DNA of 64,000 bases from Podarcis bocagei (Eukaryota), in assembly GCA_964188305.1 (NCBI GenBank), contig OZ076890.1. One strand, given 5' to 3'. Below, piece after piece: positions 63,379-64,000 of the stretch; the stretch's first letter is position 1; every line of letters begins with the position of its first letter. The notes under the pieces are model-generated. The model ran no database searches and was not told the DNA's origin. It worked only from the letters and a program-made list of their open reading frames with translations. A program made the position numbers and the translations under genes.

Positions 63379-64000
63379 CAAGGGGAAGACTATGACCAGG
63401 TGACCTTTGCACCTGCTCTGGCTGCTGCCCAGGTGCTTGCTGTTAATAGGCAATTTCAAAGCTCCTGCGGTTCTTTATCTTTAAACAAGGATGTTTAAAG
63501 ATAACCTCCTTGTGGTTCTTTATCTTTAAACAAGGATGTGGACCAGAGAGTTCTTCCAACAAACAAAAGGCTCCTTTGGGGTAAGGGGTTGTCTTCTGTA
63601 AAGAAGACACTCTACCCATAACGATGATAGGGAAAAGTAGGCTAAATTGTAGGTCATGCTCCAGGATATTTTATGAAAAATAATTTACCCATACCTATTG
63701 CCCAGTCCTTGTGGGACTTTCTGGAGCAAGGGCCTTCTCTGGAACAGATAGTGTGCTTGTGCTTGAAAAGCAGAGATGTCTGCTTCTGCATATGCTCTCT
63801 CAAGACCCACCAATCCCAGAATTTTTTGTGCCTAGGCAGAAACGGGGGGTGGGGGGTAGACAGCTGGTGAGAGGAACAAATGCTTTATTAAGCTGGGACA
63901 TTGATTCCAGGGACAGTATAGCAGCCCTTACTGTTGGTAGAGTTTACACACACACACACACACGCACAAACACTCTTAATCCACCTAGCTACTGTATTTT

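Overview
This is eukaryotic vertebrate DNA, not prokaryotic. Three Sauria SINEs and RTE-BovB, L2, CR1, L1 and Rex1/Babar fragments point to a squamate reptile (a lacertid lizard is my inference). I see no intact host CDS, rRNA, tRNA or CRISPR array, and the window looks like a large intron or intergenic region dense in transposon remnants. Family names come from motif recognition, not a database search. Main signal: two members of one non-autonomous hAT family (639-1354 and 59952-61394) share 13-bp TIRs, about 120/70-bp arms and perfect 8-bp TSDs, but carry unrelated CpG-island-like interiors. The second contains an apparent host first coding exon (strong Kozak ATG, 19 codons, GT donor) with flanking promoter and intron-like sequence, so these look like Pack-type elements that move gene starts. 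Also notable: a Tigger/pogo-like element (11166-12428) whose interior is a 12-unit hairpin tandem array; a 1.75-kb ORF-less, TSD-flanked L1-type retroelement with its 5' promoter region (52089-53838); nested insertions; and local duplications.
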